Shown here piece by piece: positions 57,534 through 64,000 of a DNA stretch of 64,000 nt (the stretch's first letter is position 1; each line of letters opens with the position of its first letter). The position numbers were made by a program, and so were the translations under genes. This stretch comes from a virus. The notes below the pieces were generated by a model. The model saw only the letters and a program-made list of their open reading frames with translations. It had not been told where the DNA came from and searched no databases. Location: IMG/VR virus record IMGVR_UViG_3300030090_007212, positions 1 through 64,000 of that record; one strand, given 5' to 3'.

Positions 57534-57541
57534 TCAATATG

Positions 57542-58432
57542 TTAAAAATTAGTTATGTCATCAAAATCTTTAGTTGGGTCAATGATAGATTTTTGCTCTC
57601 TAACTTCATAAAGAGGTTTACCTGTAAATTGATCTTTAACCTCAAATATGTTATATTGCTTATAAATTTCATTACCAAAATTATATATTGTATAAACACC
57701 ATCTTCCAATGATTTAGTTTGATTGGAGTATAAGGCATATGCTAATGTTTCATCATCATATTCTACCATTTCTACTTCCAACATCACTGGATCAAAATAA
57801 GTGTTAGTTATAATAACATCTTGTAAAGGATTACCTATAAAAGGAACCGCATTAGGTTTAACAAATGGTGCAGAAGATGGTGTTAATGTACAAAACGTAG
57901 TAGTTGTGTTATCATTAAATGACCATGCTTGTGTTGCATTGTTATTACCTGCGGGTTGTGAAATAGGTAATGCCCTATTATTGGATGTTATAATTCTATA
58001 TAAATTTGGTATTTTACTACCATCAGTTTCCAAATATTCTACTCTGTATCCTACTAAACTTCCATTTTCAAATTTATTTTGATCAGTGGAAGGGACTTGA
58101 CTTATATCAAAAACTAATCCTTTAACATCTGGCATATCTACTAAAACACCACAATCTACTATTGTTGTTCTAATTTGTTTGGGTCGGATTATTATACTAT
58201 AATACCCTTTATTACCAAATTGAGCGGTAGGTAATTTTAAAGTATACATCCCACCTAATACTTCTGTTGTACTATTAGGGTCATTAGCAGGTAATAATAC
58301 TTGTGTTGGGTCTAAAAACTCCAATTCCACAGTATTTAAAGTTTCCCTACTAGGGCTATATGCGTATAAAATTTCTACGTCATCTACTGAAACATCTGCC
58401 GGTCTTACCGTACCATAATTACCTGTTGCCAT
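57542..58432 (-). CDS. putative virion structural protein
   Basis: 296 aa within the structural block. Confidence 0.6.
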   Translation of the reverse strand: MATGNYGTVRPADVSVDDVEILYAYSPSRETLNTVELEFLDPTQVLLPANDPNSTTEVLGGMYTLKLPTAQFGNKGYYSIIIRPKQIRTTIVDCGVLVDMPDVKGLVFDISQVPSTDQNKFENGSLVGYRVEYLETDGSKIPNLYRIITSNNRALPISQPAGNNNATQAWSFNDNTTTTFCTLTPSSAPFVKPNAVPFIGNPLQDVIITNTYFDPVMLEVEMVEYDDETLAYALYSNQTKSLEDGVYTIYNFGNEIYKQYNIFEVKDQFTGKPLYEVREQKSIIDPTKDFDDITNF

Positions 58433-58452
58433 ATCTTTCTATTTTAATCATT

Positions 58453-59328
58453 TTATTCACTAACTAAATAACCTCCCCTAAAATTATCTAAGTCATCTGT
58501 TGTTTTTATTTCTGAGAGTATTGCATTTCTTTCAAAGATATCTGCGACACCCCTATTTATAAATACATCGTCACTAATTTCCGGTGGGAAAACTATACCT
58601 AAAAATTCTTCTTCTTTTACATTAGCATATAAATCTATATTTGAAGAATTCCATCCACCGTCTACTGCTTTGAATGTTGTTTTATTCCAAGTTACGTCTT
58701 CACCTACAATATTAGTAGATTTAACAAACTCTTGATGGTAAGTAGTAAACTCTACTCCCGTAGTACCGATATTATTAATATCTGCACCTAACTTATATTT
58801 TACTCTTTGATTATTATTATCTGTTACCCCATCAAATTGACCATCTTCTTTTGATACATTTAAAAATGGTTGGTATATGGGTAACCCATTACTATCTACC
58901 CTTAATGATTTAACATAATTTAAATGGGAATCATCGGTTTCCCCAGTTACACTAATAGGTGGTGTATAATAAAAATCTACTGGTCCACCCGCAATTCTAC
59001 CATCTAAAAATGGATTAAAATTATTAGGGGGTTGTGATAAAGGTGGTTGTTTAGGGATAAAATCCATATCCGTAAAAATACCCATATCATCATACTCTTG
59101 TGTTATAAAAATATTAATATCTATAGTATTGGGTATTTTTTCCCCTGCACTATCTAATATAAAAAAACCTTCTTTGTCTATTTTATATTCAGGTATTTGA
59201 CCATAATAATAATTCGGACTACTAGTATTAACGACAGTATCTCCTGACGCATTTACTGTTATTAATCTTTTTGGGATGTTTCTAACAGTATAATTTTCTA
59301 AATTTCTTTTTATTTTTAAGTAGTCCAT
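58453..59328 (-). CDS. putative virion structural protein
   Basis: 291 aa, late-type motif upstream. Confidence 0.6.
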   Translation of the reverse strand: MDYLKIKRNLENYTVRNIPKRLITVNASGDTVVNTSSPNYYYGQIPEYKIDKEGFFILDSAGEKIPNTIDINIFITQEYDDMGIFTDMDFIPKQPPLSQPPNNFNPFLDGRIAGGPVDFYYTPPISVTGETDDSHLNYVKSLRVDSNGLPIYQPFLNVSKEDGQFDGVTDNNNQRVKYKLGADINNIGTTGVEFTTYHQEFVKSTNIVGEDVTWNKTTFKAVDGGWNSSNIDLYANVKEEEFLGIVFPPEISDDVFINRGVADIFERNAILSEIKTTDDLDNFRGGYLVSE

Positions 59329-59345
59329 CTCTTTCCTATAAATAT

Positions 59346-60251
59346 TTAAACATTAATTTGCCAAAACGTAAGAGAAGATGGTCCCGGAACAGTTGGGTTT
59401 AAGTTTACCCCTCCCGTACCATTACTACTTAATTGTTGGTTATTTCCCACAAATCTATATTTATACACTCCGTTATCATTTTTTAAAATTACTTTTAAAT
59501 GTAATTTACCTTCTTCCCCATTTAAATCTCCTATTTGAACATTAAATGGGTTTAATGTTTTGGAAGGCGCCATTAATATAGATTTACCGGTAGACGCATT
59601 ATTAAATATTAATGTCATATACATTTCATATTCTTTGTTAGGTGCATTATCTACCAAATCTGGATACCAATAAATGTGATATCCTTCGTGAGACATTTCA
59701 GGTTGTAAAAGAGGATCCGCAGTCCTTATACTAATAGGTGATTGATCGGGAGGTAAGGGTAAACCATTGGGTGTCTGTTGATCCTTACCAATTTGTGTGT
59801 AGATATCACTAAAAAATAATAATCTATTGTCTCCACTATTGGGGTTATCATAAAATAATAACCTCATAAAACTAAAGATAAATCTATTTGCTCTACAGAA
59901 TAAATCATCATATATAAACCCAATTTCACTATAAACCCCCGCACCATTTGACCCATTGGATGCATTGTGATAAACTGGTGACCCATTTTGTATACTAGTG
60001 GGTGTGAAGAAATTTAGATTTATTTTAAACTCCTCAATAATATTCCATGAATCATCCGCTGGTCGAAAAATAATTTTTTTATTGTCTACTATTTGATTAA
60101 TAACCTTTTCTTTTTCTTGTTCAACGAATTGGTGGGTGATCAATTCAGAATTATCAACCGGGAAAAAGTTGGTAGATAAAGGGATATCTATAGTAGTGCC
60201 TGACGCACCTAACTTACTTACTAATATTTTTTTACTATTAACAGTTTTCAT
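59346..60251 (-). CDS. putative virion structural protein
   Basis: 301 aa, overlaps the upstream stop. Confidence 0.6.
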   Translation of the reverse strand: MKTVNSKKILVSKLGASGTTIDIPLSTNFFPVDNSELITHQFVEQEKEKVINQIVDNKKIIFRPADDSWNIIEEFKINLNFFTPTSIQNGSPVYHNASNGSNGAGVYSEIGFIYDDLFCRANRFIFSFMRLLFYDNPNSGDNRLLFFSDIYTQIGKDQQTPNGLPLPPDQSPISIRTADPLLQPEMSHEGYHIYWYPDLVDNAPNKEYEMYMTLIFNNASTGKSILMAPSKTLNPFNVQIGDLNGEEGKLHLKVILKNDNGVYKYRFVGNNQQLSSNGTGGVNLNPTVPGPSSLTFWQINV

Positions 60252-62247
60252 CTATATCGGTTATATCTAAAACATTATAATCTACACAAGCACCAGCTAC
60301 ATCTCTTACCCCTAATTCATATACACCAAAGAAACTAAAAAATCTTACATCTAATTTTATAGGGTTTGCAGGGTTATTATAATCTAATAAACTAGCAATC
60401 CCATTTTGTGTAATACTTGAACTCTGTCCCCCTTTAAAATCATCAATATTTAGAATATCATACTTATAAAAAGTAGGTCTGTTTATCATATCTTCAAATT
60501 TATCTTTATCTTGGGGTATAAGTATTTCTTCCGCAGTTAAATAAAAATTACAAGGAGGATCTTGTCTTTGTAAATAGAATCTATTATTAAGATACATATA
60601 ATGAGCACCACTTTCAAAAGGATAATCTACACCACTTCCCATACCATCAATTTCACCAATACCTAATAAATCTCTCCATCTATACACATTAGGGGAAATT
60701 TGGGTTGCATAATCAGGCACTTTGTAATCTTGTTTTAACTTTTCTTGTTCTTGTGGGGAAGTGATATTATATTTATCAAATACTGTTTGTAAATCCACTG
60801 TTGGGTGAATAAAACTACTAAATTCTCTAATTTTAATTCTACTATGTGGTTGATATATGTATCCTTCTCTTTTACTAGGTACTGGAACATTACTATTTTT
60901 AGTGATGGATTCTAAATTTTCTCTATATATTGTATTAAGTCTGTGATATATATTCTCTAATGATCTTTCTAAAAGTTCATATTCGTTATATTCTACAATA
61001 TCTCCATGAAAATCTTCATCTGATTCATCTATATTAGTAAACCAAGAGTTAGTTGCATAGGTAGGATCACCAAATGCCCTAATATTATAATTGACTAAAG
61101 CATTATTTTCTGTTACATAACCCCCCACTATTCGTGTCCAAAACCTATCTTTTATATTGGCTGGTAGTTGAGATTGTTGATTATGCCAATATCTATTATA
61201 AACACTATTAGGTTGTGAATCATTGTCATTTTTAACAATCGTTAAAAATAATTCACTCAATGGTCTTCCTAAATTATCTTTTAACCCTTCAACATCTATA
61301 TCTTTAATAAAATTAAAAGACGCAACACCATCTTCATAATAATTAACACCAAATGCTGCAGGAAATAAATCATAATCAGTATATCCCGTAGTTAAAGATT
61401 TTAATATTCTTACATAATAAGAAGATTCATAATTATTTTTTATTCTTTTTATAGTTGATACTCCCGCTTGAAAATCAATATCTAAAGGATCAATATCCAT
61501 TACGAAAATTCTTTCAGTATTTTTACCTTCATTATCACCTAACTTAAATACTGCCTTCGATCTTTGAGAAAGTGCTAAATCTCCACTTAAATCTTGAAAA
61601 TTATAAAGATTTATTAAATCTCTAGGTTGTAAACCATGATTAATAGGTGTTTTAAATGCCACATAATCTCTACCATGTAATGAAACAACCATTTTTTCTA
61701 TGATAGGTAAACCATCTTTTAGGGAGATATTAAATTCATTTTGAACTAAAGTTATGTCGGTTTGTGCGTAAGGATAAGTAATTTTCATCAAATAATTTGA
61801 CGACCCATCACTATCTAATATACTCAATCGTTTATATCCTGGATCAAATGGAAAAAATTCACATAGAGAACTTTCATTATCACCTATTAATTCTAATTCT
61901 TCGTTAGTTTCATCATTAAAGTATCCTATCCACCCATCTTTTTCATAAATGTCACTACTAGATATCTTTTTAGACTCTACGGCTCCCGTATTAGAATTTT
62001 CATAAATTTTAATATTATCATTATAAATTGGATTGGATACTACTCCATTCAAAATTCCATAAAACCTATATATGCTACTTTCTTTTCTCTCTTCTTCAAA
62101 GACTTCGTAAGCATTTATATTAGTGTCAATATCATTAACAGGAATAGGTTTATTAGTATTTTCCATAGAAATGTTAAATTGTGTATTAACATTTACGGAA
62201 TCTACTGTCCTAGTTTTATTTAATAATATTTTAGTATTTTTCTCCAT
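60238..62247 (-). CDS. putative virion structural protein
   Basis: 669 aa, late-type motif upstream. Confidence 0.6.
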   Translation of the reverse strand: MEKNTKILLNKTRTVDSVNVNTQFNISMENTNKPIPVNDIDTNINAYEVFEEERKESSIYRFYGILNGVVSNPIYNDNIKIYENSNTGAVESKKISSSDIYEKDGWIGYFNDETNEELELIGDNESSLCEFFPFDPGYKRLSILDSDGSSNYLMKITYPYAQTDITLVQNEFNISLKDGLPIIEKMVVSLHGRDYVAFKTPINHGLQPRDLINLYNFQDLSGDLALSQRSKAVFKLGDNEGKNTERIFVMDIDPLDIDFQAGVSTIKRIKNNYESSYYVRILKSLTTGYTDYDLFPAAFGVNYYEDGVASFNFIKDIDVEGLKDNLGRPLSELFLTIVKNDNDSQPNSVYNRYWHNQQSQLPANIKDRFWTRIVGGYVTENNALVNYNIRAFGDPTYATNSWFTNIDESDEDFHGDIVEYNEYELLERSLENIYHRLNTIYRENLESITKNSNVPVPSKREGYIYQPHSRIKIREFSSFIHPTVDLQTVFDKYNITSPQEQEKLKQDYKVPDYATQISPNVYRWRDLLGIGEIDGMGSGVDYPFESGAHYMYLNNRFYLQRQDPPCNFYLTAEEILIPQDKDKFEDMINRPTFYKYDILNIDDFKGGQSSSITQNGIASLLDYNNPANPIKLDVRFFSFFGVYELGVRDVAGACVDYNVLDITDIDENC

Positions 62248-62263
62248 TTATAATAAATATTTT

Positions 62264-64000
62264 CTATAAAATTTTAAAATATCCATCTTGATTACAATTC
62301 AATGGGCTATATGATAAATTCAAATCATAAGTTCCTGTTTGATTTATTGTTATGGTTATTGTTTTAATTTCATCTGCAGTTGCTACTGTACTAGTACCGT
62401 TTTGAATACTAACTCCTAACCCACCTAAATTAGATGACATACCTATTTGTGCTACGTTAGGTTGTGTAAGTGTAGTTGTTCCTCCGTTATATAAATTTAA
62501 ACCACCAGCTCCTTTAGAATTACTAATAGGGGGTATAGTTGGACAAAACGTTCCACCAAATAAACTTAAAGTTATAACTGCAGGTGCATTAAATACATTA
62601 ATTAAAGCGGTAGCGGCCATTGAAGGGAATCCGTAACCTACTCCTTGTGTTCCACTTATAGTGTAATTAGTAATAGTGGTAGTTGGTGTAGTTTGTGAGT
62701 TAGATCCCACATTACCACCAGTACTTAAACCACCACCCGGAGGATTAGCCAGTCCTGTTGTTCCACCAATACCAATAGGTGTAGTGTTTCCTATGTTACC
62801 TCCTGGGGTATTTACACCACCCGACCCACCTGATCCACCTGGTGTTCCGCCACCTCCTGTTTGAGAAGCGATTAATGTTTCACCTAAACATGTTTTATAT
62901 ATACTAAAAGGATTAGTAACTTCATGCCTTAAATTGTTTTGATTATTAGTGTTCTCTGAAGCGTCATCATTAGATGCACCTATACCTTGTAATGTCACTG
63001 CGTTTATTTTATCTGCAAAGAATTTCCCTACTGTTTTATGTAATGCTGTTTTACCTGGCAATAAACCAAAATATAAATAATATGGAGTTTGACTTCTATT
63101 AAATTTAATTCCATATATAGTACCACTACCATTAATTCCATCATCTACATCGTCTACACCACCACTATGTGCATTTTGTCCAAATGTAATTAAAGGTGGG
63201 GTAGTAGAATTAGGGAAATTAACAAAACTTGATGTTTGTCCAGGCGCTAATCCATAAAAATAGTCTGACCCTGTTGGGTTAGTGTCTTTATAAAATCCAC
63301 AAGCGTCTCCAGGGACAAACGCATCCCCATCATTGTAGGTAGATAATATAGGGTCACCACTGGAAAAATCATCTACTAATCTATAATAAGTAGGTGTGCC
63401 ATCCACTAAAGTAATTTCATCATATGTTTGGTAATCATTTTCAAATTCATTGGATCCTGGTCGCATATAATGTACATTTAAATCACCATCTTTATAACCA
63501 GAGAATCTTCTACAGAAATATTCTCTAATTTCTGTATCATGTTCAAAACGCATAAAACAATTACTAATCTCTATTTCTAAATCGTTAGTATCTATAGTGT
63601 CTACCCCTATTTGGGATTGATTAACTGTTGCAGGTGTATTAAGACAAGTGGTTGCTAAACAAGAAAAATCTACGTAACCTCTTAAATTTAATGCCCCTTC
63701 TTTATCTTCTCCGTAATTTAAATCTTTTCTAATTCCAGGAGGATTTCCACTATTTGGTGGGGGTGTATAGTTATTAATAACATTATCAATCTTATATTTT
63801 ATCGCCTCATAACTAACTTGAAAAGTGGTTGGTTGTAATTTATCCATTATAAATGGAACATCATCTATATCACAATAAGTAGTACTACCTAATTCCGTAA
63901 TTGTTGTAGGTAACATTATATTTGCCTTATATTCTAAATCATTATAACTATAATCACCTTTGGGTATAATAGAAGTATAATATAATTCTTGATCATACCA
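62264..64000 (-). CDS. putative virion structural protein, 5'-truncated by the window edge; Gly-rich linker before the C-terminal domain
   Basis: Frame stays open from 63916 to the window end; GGGGTPGGSGGSGG linker. Confidence 0.65.
   Translation of the reverse strand, partial: WYDQELYYTSIIPKGDYSYNDLEYKANIMLPTTITELGSTTYCDIDDVPFIMDKLQPTTFQVSYEAIKYKIDNVINNYTPPPNSGNPPGIRKDLNYGEDKEGALNLRGYVDFSCLATTCLNTPATVNQSQIGVDTIDTNDLEIEISNCFMRFEHDTEIREYFCRRFSGYKDGDLNVHYMRPGSNEFENDYQTYDEITLVDGTPTYYRLVDDFSSGDPILSTYNDGDAFVPGDACGFYKDTNPTGSDYFYGLAPGQTSSFVNFPNSTTPPLITFGQNAHSGGVDDVDDGINGSGTIYGIKFNRSQTPYYLYFGLLPGKTALHKTVGKFFADKINAVTLQGIGASNDDASENTNNQNNLRHEVTNPFSIYKTCLGETLIASQTGGGGTPGGSGGSGGVNTPGGNIGNTTPIGIGGTTGLANPPGGGLSTGGNVGSNSQTTPTTTITNYTISGTQGVGYGFPSMAATALINVFNAPAVITLSLFGGTFCPTIPPISNSKGAGGLNLYNGGTTTLTQPNVAQIGMSSNLGGLGVSIQNGTSTVATADEIKTITITINQTGTYDLNLSYSPLNCNQDGYFKIL

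Noticed and set aside
1186-62864. Many short plus-strand ORFs antisense to long genes (e.g. 17263-17640, 20552-21031, 34446-34790, 42686-43027)
   Set aside because: Shadow ORFs rich in F/L/S/I, as expected from the reverse complement of K/E-rich genes
1-64000. Alternative genetic code (stop-codon reassignment)
   Set aside because: Long genes are intact and tightly packed under code 11, TAG and TGA both occur as real stops, and no suppressor tRNA was seen

Overview
A very AT-rich, densely coding, almost entirely minus-strand 64-kb segment of a large tailed (jumbo-type, probably myovirus-like) bacteriophage genome in the standard genetic code. The host is most likely a Bacteroidota/Flavobacteria member, based on repeated TTTG-N20-TAnnTTTG promoters, a Bacteroidota-type sigma factor, an Hc1-like protein and GSII. 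In the direction of transcription (right to left) the window has four blocks. (1) Virion tail/baseplate genes at ~42-64 kb, including a 3012-aa protein. (2) Replication/recombination genes at ~31.7-42 kb: RuvC-like resolvase, primase, QueF-like protein, PD-(D/E)XK exonuclease, SbcD/SbcC and sigma70. (3) Late/lysis and putative internal-head genes at ~16.5-31.6 kb: two amidases, an M23 peptidase, NUDIX and membrane proteins. (4) An accessory block at 1-16.5 kb: orphan response regulator, 4 tRNAs, a TROVE/Ro60-related vWA protein, thioredoxin, DnaJ, GSII, ClpP, two DNA methyltransferases and a DUF262-HNH protein. The most striking unannotated signal is a pair of tandem structured non-coding RNAs (~13139-13291 and ~12874-13133). 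They lie directly downstream of the Ro60-like gene, each is closed by a long-range terminal stem followed by a shared U(A/G)C(U/A)GCAA motif, and a terminator follows them. This is a candidate phage Ro60/Y-RNA-like ribonucleoprotein system next to a tRNA cluster. All protein family calls come from motif recognition by eye; no searches were run.
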